The notes under the pieces are model-generated. The model was not told where the DNA came from and searched no databases. It worked only from the letters and a program-made list of their open reading frames with translations. This document shows positions 37,266-46,261 of a stretch of 64,000 nucleotides of DNA, in pieces. Position 1 is the stretch's first letter, and each line of letters opens with the position of its first letter. The stretch lies in NCBI GenBank assembly GCA_034660175.1, contig JAYEIQ010000009.1, positions 9,726 to 73,725 of the forward strand. Reading direction: 5' to 3'. Made by a program: the position numbers and the translations under genes. Source of the DNA: Patescibacteria group bacterium. Its GTDB lineage: Bacteria > Patescibacteriota > Minisyncoccia > Moranbacterales > DUUL01.

Positions 37266-38375
37266 ATGCGAATTCTTTTTATTTCACACTCATATCCCCC
37301 AACGCTTGGAGGTGTTGAGACTCAGAACTACAATCTCTCAAAGGGGCTTTCTAAAATTGCCAAAGTGAACACAATCGCAAACACCAAGGGCAAAAAATGG
37401 CTTGGTGTTTTTTTGTTTTTTGCAACATTCAAGGCTTTTACATCCATGAAGAAGTTTGATGCTTGTCTTTTGGGCAGTGGTGTTGTTGCTCCTGTGGGAT
37501 GGTTTTTAAAAATTTTTCACAGAAAAAAGAAATTCTTTTGTATTGTTCACGGACTTGATGTGACTTATGCGAATCGTAAAGGAATTTTGCCATTTGTGTA
37601 TAAAAACGTGAATATTCGAGGGTTGAAAAAAATGTCTCATTTGTTTATGGTGGGAAATGCAACCATTGAAGAAGCAGTAAAGATTGGAATCAATCGAGAA
37701 AAGTGTACATTTATACCAAATGGAGTCAACCCAGATGAGTTGATTGAGAAGCATTCTCGACAAGAACTATCACAACTTTGCGGAAAAAATGTAAAAGAAA
37801 AGATTGTTATTTTGCGCCATGGAAGGTTTGTTTCACACAAAGGGACAAGTTGGTTTATCAGCGAGGTGATGCCACTTCTTGGTGAAAATGTTTTTTTGAT
37901 TGCTTCTGGAAATAGAGTTGGATCAAAAACGGCTGGAGACAAAGATGATTTTTTGCAATGCGAACAAGCTATTGTAGACAAACATCTTGAAAAAAGGGTC
38001 TGCCTTCTTCCTTGTTTGCCATGGAAGGACGTGTTGACGTTGTTTAACACTGTTGATATTGTTGTTTCGCCAAATGTGAAGATTCCAGGGACCATGGAGG
38101 GCTTTGGAATAAATGTAATCGAGGCTGGTGCCTGTGGAAGAGTTATTCTTGCATCAAATCTTGAAGGACTGGCAGATGCTGTGAAAGATGGGCAAAATGG
38201 ATTTTTAGTTGAGTCAGAAAACGTTTCACAATGGGTGGAGAAAATAAATGCAGTTATTGTAGCGAAAGATGATCTGAAAAGGATGTTTTCAATTCGAATC
38301 TCAAATTATGTTCAGGAGAATTTTAGTTGGAATAGAATTTGTGTTAGATATTTGGATGAGATGAAAAAATACTAA
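37266..38375 (+). CDS. GT4 glycosyltransferase
   Basis: YPPTLGGVE, HGLDV, IPNGV and EGFGINVIEAGACG. Confidence 0.92.
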   Translation: MRILFISHSYPPTLGGVETQNYNLSKGLSKIAKVNTIANTKGKKWLGVFLFFATFKAFTSMKKFDACLLGSGVVAPVGWFLKIFHRKKKFFCIVHGLDVTYANRKGILPFVYKNVNIRGLKKMSHLFMVGNATIEEAVKIGINREKCTFIPNGVNPDELIEKHSRQELSQLCGKNVKEKIVILRHGRFVSHKGTSWFISEVMPLLGENVFLIASGNRVGSKTAGDKDDFLQCEQAIVDKHLEKRVCLLPCLPWKDVLTLFNTVDIVVSPNVKIPGTMEGFGINVIEAGACGRVILASNLEGLADAVKDGQNGFLVESENVSQWVEKINAVIVAKDDLKRMFSIRISNYVQENFSWNRICVRYLDEMKKY

Positions 38376-38389
38376 AAACATAAGTTGCA

Positions 38390-40354
38390 TTGATGATAAT
38401 GTTTGCGTTGGCAAAATTTTATATCGCGCTTGCTTTAATTTTGATGTTCCCGGGATTCTTCTTGGCAAGAGCTGTTTTCGCAGGAAAATACAATGATTTG
38501 TCGGTTTTTGAAAAAGCAGTCATTGTTTTTTCGTTCAGTATTGTTGCTGTAGATTTTTTGATTATTTCAGCAAATTTCTTCTCAATACCACTTGTTCGAA
38601 TTACTATTGTTTTGATGATAGTATTTTTTTGTGCTGTTTGTGCTTTTGTTTACAAAAGGAGGTGTTTGCATGGAAAACAAGCCAACGAATTGGATAAGAC
38701 CAAGACAAATATCTCTTTCACGACATTAAAAAATGTTTCATATCGTCAAATGTTGTTGTTTTTGACGATTTTGTTTCTTATTTTGATCGTTCGAAGTGGC
38801 TATGTCGTTGGTGGAATTATGCCTCAAACTACGGATTTAGGTCATCATATGTATTGGGCTAAAGATATTGTTCAAACTGGAGCTTTGCCAAGCTATGGTA
38901 TGCCGGATTTCATAATCGGGGAGCACATTATTTTTGCAACGATCGCAATAATTTCTGGACTTCCCTTTGTTAGCGCAATGCCTGTTCTAGTTTTATTCTT
39001 GATTAACATATTTTCCTTGTTTTCTATGTTGATTCTTGCCTATAGGATAGGGGAAAATTTTCTTTCGAGTGCAGACGCAAAAAAAGTTGCATTTCTGACT
39101 TTTTTAATATCGGGCCTCTTTTATGCCATTTCGTCACCTCAGACAAAGTTTGTATCAGGTGGTGTGATCGGGAATGTTGTTGGGAATTTATTCATTCCGT
39201 TGACATTGTATTTTTTTCTGATGACTATTAAAAATAGAGACAAAAACTTTGCGATGGGCTTTGTTTTATCTATCGCAGCATTGGTATATACTCACCATCT
39301 TTCCTTATTCATTTTTGTTTATGTTTTCATTGGTCTTCTTCTTTTCTCAGTCGTGTCCTTATTGTTGGTGAGCAGGTTAAACTTGCGAAAATTTTTCAAT
39401 ACACTTTATTTTTCCGTGAAGCCATTTTTTGGTGGACGAAATATACTTTTGCTGTTTGTTTTTGTCTTGTTTGTTCTTTTTGTCCATCCGCCTTCTTATC
39501 TCAATCCGTCTGCAATTGATACGGCTGTTGGTGTACCGGTTAAAGCCACAAGAACTGGTCTTGCTTTGGACTCAATTGTTAAAAACACTGGACCCTGGCG
39601 TTTCTTCTATTCAGTGATTGGAATCGTTATTGTTCTTGGTGTTTTTGCACTGAAAGTGTTTGTAGATGGATCCAGAAAGAAATTTCCATCAGAAACCTTG
39701 CTTTCAATTATGTTACCTATTTCTTGGATGACCATGATTTTGTTGATGAGTGCATACCCATCACTTCTTCGAGTTGACATTCCATCAAATAGGATTGTTA
39801 GTTACATTACTTTTCCAGCAACTATTTTAAGTGCAATAGGCATTGTTTATGTTTTATCTTTTGCTCAAAAAAACTACACAAAACAAATATTTACAGTTTT
39901 GTTTTTGGTTATTTTTGGAACTGGTTTTTTGTCCGGGTTTTCTGATGTTTCGGACTCTGCACGTGATTCGCAGTCGAACTTTCGAGAAGTTAAACAAACC
40001 TATTTTGCAACTGAGCATCTTACTGGACTTGTTGAAGATGAAGAGATGGTTTTGAAAGATCACATCTATCTTTCTGGTGATACATGGATCAAGCTTTTTT
40101 TTATGAATGGATATAAATTTCCTCTTTCAAGGTCGCATCTTAAGCGCTATAATGATCCGAATAGCAAAAGAGAAACTTGTACCAGAGACATGATCGCTAT
40201 TCCAGACAGCGAGATTGGAATGGATTGTTTTGAGCGGACAAATGTCAGGTATATTATGCTTGAAAATGGTAGTGAAAATTATCAATTTGATGTGTCTGAT
40301 AATTTTTCAAGAGTCTATGCATCAGACAGTGCAGTTATCTATATGAAGAACTAA
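38390..40354 (+). CDS. Large multi-TM protein, GT-C-like, with a DUF1616-like N-terminus
   Basis: N-terminal LMFPGF...FEK..FS.SI pattern, loop motif TTDLGHHMYW, YTHHLS and a soluble C-terminal domain. Confidence 0.6.
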   Translation: MMIMFALAKFYIALALILMFPGFFLARAVFAGKYNDLSVFEKAVIVFSFSIVAVDFLIISANFFSIPLVRITIVLMIVFFCAVCAFVYKRRCLHGKQANELDKTKTNISFTTLKNVSYRQMLLFLTILFLILIVRSGYVVGGIMPQTTDLGHHMYWAKDIVQTGALPSYGMPDFIIGEHIIFATIAIISGLPFVSAMPVLVLFLINIFSLFSMLILAYRIGENFLSSADAKKVAFLTFLISGLFYAISSPQTKFVSGGVIGNVVGNLFIPLTLYFFLMTIKNRDKNFAMGFVLSIAALVYTHHLSLFIFVYVFIGLLLFSVVSLLLVSRLNLRKFFNTLYFSVKPFFGGRNILLLFVFVLFVLFVHPPSYLNPSAIDTAVGVPVKATRTGLALDSIVKNTGPWRFFYSVIGIVIVLGVFALKVFVDGSRKKFPSETLLSIMLPISWMTMILLMSAYPSLLRVDIPSNRIVSYITFPATILSAIGIVYVLSFAQKNYTKQIFTVLFLVIFGTGFLSGFSDVSDSARDSQSNFREVKQTYFATEHLTGLVEDEEMVLKDHIYLSGDTWIKLFFMNGYKFPLSRSHLKRYNDPNSKRETCTRDMIAIPDSEIGMDCFERTNVRYIMLENGSENYQFDVSDNFSRVYASDSAVIYMKN

Positions 40355-40364
40355 TAAAAGACAA

Positions 40365-40787
40365 ATGAAAGAAAATTTTTTCTATATATTATTGACAGGC
40401 ATGTTGGTTGTTTTTGTGGGTTTGCTATTTTGGTATGGTGAGCAGGTCATTGGAGGAGCTTCTGACCCCGGATATTCTGTGTTGTCGTTTAAATCAGCGT
40501 CTGATGAGATAAGTCTTGAGGAAAAGGATTTAGATGCGATGATATTTTTTATCCACAATATGGAGGAAAGGGGTCTTGAATATAAAGTAGTCATATTTGT
40601 TGATGATAGAGAAGTAGATTTCTTTGAGAGAAAGATTAATTTTGATAAGTTTTTTTTCAAACCAGCAGCTCCTCTGAAAAAACACATTGAAGGATTAGAA
40701 AAAAATGAATTTTTCGAGTTTAAGGTTGTTGTTTATTGGGGAGACAAAGAGGAGTTTATCACAAAAAAAATAAAAAAAAATGAGTAA
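40365..40787 (+). CDS. Membrane-anchored hypothetical protein (resembles the DUF1616 C-terminal part)
   Basis: N-terminal TM, then YSVLSF...FFIHNMEERGLEYKV in a beta-rich domain. Confidence 0.55.
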   Translation: MKENFFYILLTGMLVVFVGLLFWYGEQVIGGASDPGYSVLSFKSASDEISLEEKDLDAMIFFIHNMEERGLEYKVVIFVDDREVDFFERKINFDKFFFKPAAPLKKHIEGLEKNEFFEFKVVVYWGDKEEFITKKIKKNE

Positions 40788-41946
40788 AAGACGCAAAAAG
40801 ATTCTGCTTTATACTCGGCCTTTGGTTCCTCCTTGGGATGAAGCATCGAAGAATATGGCATATGAGATTGCAAAAAACTCGAAAGGATTTTTTGAGTTTC
40901 ATGTGCTTACGAGCAAGAAATATTCTGCAGAATTAATGGCGGCAGTAAAAAAAAGCAAAAATAAAAAAGTTGTTGCGGAGTCTGTTTATAAAAGCAATGA
41001 ATTTGATTCGAGGGCAAAAAAAAGTCTTCTTTTTCGTTTATTCAGACTGAATTTGGTCGCTGACATTATTCATTTCTTATTTACACCAAGAGAGTTGACG
41101 TCTGCGTTGATAAGAGCTCGACTCAGCTTTTCAAAAACAAGATCAATTCAAACAATTGCAACAATTGATGATGGTCTTATTAAAGACCAAAGGAAGTTAA
41201 AAAAAATTCTGTTTGGAGATTTGATCGTTGCTCAATCACAGCACACAAAAAACAAGCTTAAAAAAGCTGGAATTGAAAACGTAAGAGTTGTTTATCCTGG
41301 AATCGACCTTGATAAGTTTTATCCAGGTCAAAAGGATAAAAAAATTATGAAAAAACTGGACATTTCTCCCAGTGATTTTGTGATTTTGTTTGCAGGAGAG
41401 TATACGAGACTTAATGCTGTTGATGACATTGTTGATGCACTGGAAATTTTGATTGATGAAGAAACTGTGGAAGAAAAAAATTATAAAGTTATCTTTGCTT
41501 TGCGAATTAAGTCAGATGAAGATTTGCAGAAAAAACATCGAACCATCGAATATTTGCAATTGAAGGGGCTTGGGGACAGGGTTGCTTTTCTTGATATGTG
41601 TCTTGACATGCCAGCGCTCTATCGTGCCAGTGATGTGAACATCTTTCCTGCTCAGAGAATGGTTGGAAAGTTTGACATCCCCTTCGTTATTATCGAAGCA
41701 ATGGCATGTGGCAAGCCAGTGATTGTTTCAGGTATCCCAGTTCTTAAGGAGTTTGTGAAAAACGAACAAACTGGACTGGTTGTCAAAAAAGCTCAACCGG
41801 TACAGCTCGCTAGTGCAATAAAGAGAATTAAGATAGATGACAAATTAAGAGAGAAACTGTCCAATTCTGGTTTTGAATATGTAAAAGAAAATTTTGACGT
41901 TGATAAGAATGTCAAAATATATGACATATTGTATGAAAATTTGTGA
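40780..41946 (+). CDS. GT4 glycosyltransferase
   Basis: PPWDEASKN, YPGIDL and IIEAMACGKPVI. Confidence 0.9.
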   Translation: MSKRRKKILLYTRPLVPPWDEASKNMAYEIAKNSKGFFEFHVLTSKKYSAELMAAVKKSKNKKVVAESVYKSNEFDSRAKKSLLFRLFRLNLVADIIHFLFTPRELTSALIRARLSFSKTRSIQTIATIDDGLIKDQRKLKKILFGDLIVAQSQHTKNKLKKAGIENVRVVYPGIDLDKFYPGQKDKKIMKKLDISPSDFVILFAGEYTRLNAVDDIVDALEILIDEETVEEKNYKVIFALRIKSDEDLQKKHRTIEYLQLKGLGDRVAFLDMCLDMPALYRASDVNIFPAQRMVGKFDIPFVIIEAMACGKPVIVSGIPVLKEFVKNEQTGLVVKKAQPVQLASAIKRIKIDDKLREKLSNSGFEYVKENFDVDKNVKIYDILYENL

Positions 41947-41962
41947 TAGGGGGGGGGTATAA

Positions 41963-42076
41963 ATGAGGTATTTATTGAAAATGATTACAGGAAACGCTTT
42001 TAAAGGGTTTGAAATTGTGCTAGGATTATCCATGTTAAGCATTTTTATTTCAATTATTATTTTTAGTGACAATTGA
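41963..42076 (+). CDS. 37-aa single-TM small protein behind a G9 tract (not in the ORF track)
   Basis: MRYLLKMITGNAFKGFEIVLGLSMLSIFISIIIFSDN*; the G9 at 41949-41957 ends 5 nt before the ATG. Confidence 0.45.
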   Translation: MRYLLKMITGNAFKGFEIVLGLSMLSIFISIIIFSDN

Positions 42077-42103
42077 TAACAAGATAAGTAATTATTAGAA
42101 TAA

Positions 42104-43594
42104 ATGAACAAGATCAAAAAGATATCAGAACATTCTCAAGTGATTGAAAAACAAGGAAAACAACGTGTCCCTGTGAAATTACATGTTTCTGAAGAGCTGA
42201 TGCCTGATGAGGACACAATTGATCAATTGGTCAATGTTGCATCTCAACCGCATGTTTTCAAGCACGTTGCTGCCCTGACTGATGTTCACCAAAAACCTGG
42301 CAGATTGAATCCTTCTGGTAGCGTTGTTGCAACAGAAAAATACTTTCTTCCACAATTATTGGACACTGCTCCCAATTGTGGAATGAGGTTGATCAAGACT
42401 TCTTTTGGTGAGGGAGATCTAGATGAAAAACAACTTGATAGTCTTTTCAAAGAGCTTGTTGAGGTTATTCCAACCAAAACATATTTGGGAACATTTTTTT
42501 CTCGAAGGACAATTCTTGAAGTCAGCAAACGAGGTGCAATAGGTGTTTTGGAGGCTTTGAAAGAGGATGTATCTGAGGCTGATAATATCATGCAAGGTGG
42601 AAGTATGTTCGGAGATGAAAAAATATCGGACAAAGATCTTTTTGATGCGATTCCAAGAATGTTCTTTCGTTTTGCGCAACTTCGACTTGGTATTTTGGGT
42701 GTAGCAGGAAACCACTTTCTCGATCTCATGAAGATCACCGACATAATGGAGGAGGATTTGGCAAAGAAATTTGGGTTGAAAAAAGGTCAATATGTTTTCA
42801 TGATGCACACGGGATCAGGTCTTTTTGGGCAATATGCAAGCTATTTCTATACTCCAAAAAAGAAGGAGCATTTGAGTCAAAGGTTAGTCTTGGAAGCAGC
42901 AAGACTAACTTTCTTAAATGATAAGGTGGAATGGCACAAGCAACTTGAAATTGAAATTCCCCGCTATCGTGACAGTAAGAACGTTTTTCCGATTGATTCT
43001 GAATCGGAGTTAGGTAAAAATTATTATATCGCACACAGAGCTGCTGGAAATCATGGATTCGCTAACCGCAGTGTTTTGCAACATCACCTAAGAAAGGCAT
43101 TGAAGAAAACGTTAAAAAAAGATCCTGGCCTTGATTTGCTCTATGACATGTCTCATGTTTTTGCAGCAAAAGAAAATCATTTTGGCAAAGACGTCATTGT
43201 TCACAGGAGTAATGCTACACGAGCCAATGGACCTTCAAGGATGAAGGGAACGCAATTTGAAAAAACGGGAGAACCAGTTTTCATGCCTTCTTCAATGAGC
43301 ACTGAGGCATATTTTGGAGTTGCAACCGATAACAACGAATCAACATTCTTTTCTGCGGCGCATGGAACGGGAAAATCAAAAACCAAAACGTCAGAAGTGC
43401 CCAGCGACAAAGACGAGTTGATGAAGAAAATGAAGAAAAGAAATGTGAAGTTATACAATGCACAGTCGGCGGAAATAGTCAATCAAGATGCGGCACACTA
43501 TAAGGATCCAGGGGTTGCAATTGAAGGCATGAAGGCAAATGGTGTCATGAGGCCGATCGCAAAAATGATGCCTGTTTCTGTATTAATGGCATAA
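42104..43594 (+). CDS. Divergent RtcB-family protein (RNA 3'-phosphate/5'-OH ligase fold)
   Basis: TDVHQ, NCGMR, GNHFL, MHTGS, YDMSH, HRSNATRA, MPSSM, SAAHGTG and HYKD occur in RtcB motif order, with several consensus residues changed. Confidence 0.88.
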   Translation: MNKIKKISEHSQVIEKQGKQRVPVKLHVSEELMPDEDTIDQLVNVASQPHVFKHVAALTDVHQKPGRLNPSGSVVATEKYFLPQLLDTAPNCGMRLIKTSFGEGDLDEKQLDSLFKELVEVIPTKTYLGTFFSRRTILEVSKRGAIGVLEALKEDVSEADNIMQGGSMFGDEKISDKDLFDAIPRMFFRFAQLRLGILGVAGNHFLDLMKITDIMEEDLAKKFGLKKGQYVFMMHTGSGLFGQYASYFYTPKKKEHLSQRLVLEAARLTFLNDKVEWHKQLEIEIPRYRDSKNVFPIDSESELGKNYYIAHRAAGNHGFANRSVLQHHLRKALKKTLKKDPGLDLLYDMSHVFAAKENHFGKDVIVHRSNATRANGPSRMKGTQFEKTGEPVFMPSSMSTEAYFGVATDNNESTFFSAAHGTGKSKTKTSEVPSDKDELMKKMKKRNVKLYNAQSAEIVNQDAAHYKDPGVAIEGMKANGVMRPIAKMMPVSVLMA

Positions 43595-44152
43595 ATGCTC
43601 AAAAAAAAGGAAAAAATTCTGCTTTTTGGCAACAATTTGTGGTCATTAGGCGAGGGAATGCCTGGTCCTTTGTTCGCTGTCTTTTCGCAAAGATTGGGTG
43701 GAAACATTTTAGATATAGCATAGGCATGGGCAGTGTATTTGATGGTTACAGGTTTATCCGTGATTGTGATTGGAAAAGTTTCTGATGGAAATGGAAGAAA
43801 AGAAAAAGTTATGGTTTTAGGCTTTGCTCTAAATGCATTTTTCACATTCTGCTATATTTTTGTTTCAACTCCCCTGGAACTTTTGCTTGTTCAGGCTGGA
43901 ATTGGTTATGCCACTGCCCTTGCAACTCCAACATGGCGAGCTTTGTATGATAAATACTCGGAAGATAAACTCGACGGTTATATTTGGGGATTAGCGTCTG
44001 GTGGTGCATATATTGTTGCTGGAATAGCTGCATTGATTGGTGGAATGATTGTGAGTCACTATTCTTTCACTGCCCTGCTTATCTCAATGGGTTCAATTCA
44101 AGTGGTGGCCACTTTATACCAGGCTAAAATACTAAGAAGAAAGAAGTTATGA
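43595..44152 (+). pseudogene. Half-size (about 6 TM) MFS-like transporter with an in-frame TAG at codon 43
   Basis: ATG 43595 directly follows the RtcB stop; MLKKKEKILLFGNNLW...GGNILDIA*AWAVYLMVTG...GKVSD; TAG at 43721-43723 is in frame with the ORF-track fragment at 43733. Confidence 0.8.
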
Positions 44153-44769
44153 AGCTTATAACAATTTCAGGATTGGATGGCTCTGGAAAGACTTCTCAAA
44201 TAAATTTTCTCAAAGATCACTTGGAGGATCAAGGGAAAAAAATATATTATTTTCATGCAATCGAATTCTCTTTTGCAAATAAGCTTGTCAGTTTATTTAA
44301 TAAAAAGAAATCGAAATATGATTCGCAGGCGGAAGCAAAAACTTCTGCGGGAAAGATTTCAGTTTTTTTACGAAAACTTTTTTTGATTATTGATGTGCTT
44401 CGTTTTGGTAGATTCTATAAAAAACTTGAAAAAGAAGGGTGTGAATATGTCCTGACTGATAGATTCTTTTTTGATCAGATGATAAACATTGTTTTTTTGG
44501 CTAATAGAAGTGAATTTGATGACAACAGATGGTGGCAAAAATTGGCTGAAAAAAATCTGAGAAGACCAGACTTTGCACTTTTTCTTGAAGTCACGCCTCA
44601 TACGATTCTTTCTCGTCAAAGAGAGATAGAACAAGGTAATGAATATCTGGAAAAGAAATACAAACTGTATGACTATTTTGCTAAGACAAGAAATTTGCAA
44701 CGTATTGATGGTGAACAAAGCAGGAATGAAGTTTTGGAAGACATAAAAAAAGCAGTAAACGTTATATAA
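44149..44769 (+). CDS. Thymidylate-kinase-like P-loop kinase, divergent
   Basis: ISGLDGSGKTSQ, TDRFFFD and PD.ALFLEV; lacks the usual TREPG motif. Confidence 0.8.
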   Translation: MKLITISGLDGSGKTSQINFLKDHLEDQGKKIYYFHAIEFSFANKLVSLFNKKKSKYDSQAEAKTSAGKISVFLRKLFLIIDVLRFGRFYKKLEKEGCEYVLTDRFFFDQMINIVFLANRSEFDDNRWWQKLAEKNLRRPDFALFLEVTPHTILSRQREIEQGNEYLEKKYKLYDYFAKTRNLQRIDGEQSRNEVLEDIKKAVNVI

Positions 44770-44770
44770 A

Positions 44771-46261
44771 ATGGGAGCTCTCGTTAAAGCATCAATTTGG
44801 CTGACTCTTTCTGAGTTGGTGTTTAATTTATCTGGATATATAACTCACGCTTTTTTGGGTCGTTCTTTAGGGCCGGCTGAATATGGGCGATATGGGATCG
44901 TGATCACCTTTTCAACGATGATAATAATTTTGATTGGCAAAGGTGTTCCTATCGCAATGAGCAAATATCTTTCAGAGGTTCCAGTGGAGCAACAAGAAAA
45001 AATAGCAGCTATCAAAAATATAAGCGCGAAAGTTCAGTTTGTAGTTATTGGTTTAGTTACCATTGTATATTTTTTTCTTGCTCCTGTTTTTGCACATATT
45101 CTCAGAGATGATTCTTTGACGTCGCTGTTCAGAATTTCTTCTTTGATTATCCCGGCTTTTGCTGGAGCGAGTTTCTATGTTTATTATTACACTGGAATTC
45201 AATTATTTGGGAAACAGGCTTTTTTAAAATTTTTCAGATCTATTGCAAAGGTTGGTATTATTGTTACTCTGGGTTTCTTGTTTAGTACTCCTGGTGCTGT
45301 TATAGGTCATGCAATTGCTCCCTTCTCTGTTTTCGTTGCAGCGTATCTGCTTGACCCATACAGAAAATTTAAGTCTGTCGCAAGAAATAATAACAATTCT
45401 CTGTCTTTGCAAAAGCTTTTAAATTTTGCATGGCCAATAACATTATTTATGATCTTTTATGAGATTATGATTACTGTAGATCTCTATTTGGTTAAGATCT
45501 TGTTGGGAGATGATAAATTAACTGGTGTTTATAATTCGGCAATTACTGTCGGTAGAATCCCCTTCTACGCTTTCTATTTTTTGACAATCATATTGTTGCC
45601 GAAAATTTCTCAAACGACATCTCGGGGATTGAAAGAAGAAACGAAAGAAATCCTTTCTTCGGCGATGAGATTTATGTTTATGTTTTTGATTCCTTGTATA
45701 GCTCTTCTTTCTGCTTTTTCACCATCGGCAATCATATTTTTTTATGGAGCAATGTATACTTCTGGAGCCGAAGCTCTCTCGATTCTTGCTCTAGGAGCAG
45801 GATTTCTGTCCGTCTTTTATGTTCTGGCTTTTGTTTTAAATGGGGCAGATAAAAATAAAGTTCCAATGTGGACCGCGTTCTTTGGTTGTTTATTCAATAC
45901 AGCACTGGTTTATTTTTTGATTCCAATTTTGGGAATCAAAGGGGCGGCTATTGGAACGACTATAACTTCTTTGCTAGCGATGATTGTTGTTGTGTTGTAT
46001 ACAAGTAGAAAGATCGCAAATTTTCTCGCATTTATACCCATATTTAAATATATCATAGGAAGCGCTGGGGTTTATTTTCTGGCAAAAAACTTTTTTGTTC
46101 AAGGAAGATTCATTTTTATTCTATGGTCTTTAATTCTGTTAGCAATTTATTGCTTGTATTTGTTTTTTATCAGAGAAATAAAAGAAAAGGATATTAGTTT
46201 TCTACGCAATGCCTTGATCAAGAAAAGATTTACAACAAAATCAAAAAGTGATTTAATTTGA
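44771..46261 (+). CDS. Polysaccharide flippase (Wzx/MOP family)
   Basis: LGPAEYGRY, GVYNSA and LIP.LGIKGAAIGT; about 14 TM segments. Confidence 0.88.
   Translation: MGALVKASIWLTLSELVFNLSGYITHAFLGRSLGPAEYGRYGIVITFSTMIIILIGKGVPIAMSKYLSEVPVEQQEKIAAIKNISAKVQFVVIGLVTIVYFFLAPVFAHILRDDSLTSLFRISSLIIPAFAGASFYVYYYTGIQLFGKQAFLKFFRSIAKVGIIVTLGFLFSTPGAVIGHAIAPFSVFVAAYLLDPYRKFKSVARNNNNSLSLQKLLNFAWPITLFMIFYEIMITVDLYLVKILLGDDKLTGVYNSAITVGRIPFYAFYFLTIILLPKISQTTSRGLKEETKEILSSAMRFMFMFLIPCIALLSAFSPSAIIFFYGAMYTSGAEALSILALGAGFLSVFYVLAFVLNGADKNKVPMWTAFFGCLFNTALVYFLIPILGIKGAAIGTTITSLLAMIVVVLYTSRKIANFLAFIPIFKYIIGSAGVYFLAKNFFVQGRFIFILWSLILLAIYCLYLFFIREIKEKDISFLRNALIKKRFTTKSKSDLI

Noticed and set aside
43721-43723. 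Stop-codon reassignment (amber recoding or code 25)
   Set aside because: TAG ends rplI, pyrG and the malic enzyme gene, TGA ends uppS, trxB and gltX, and other conserved genes have no internal stops.
44149-44769. Calling the kinase the housekeeping tmk
   Set aside because: It lacks the TREPG motif and sits in a glycan operon; symbol withheld until the rest of the genome is checked.
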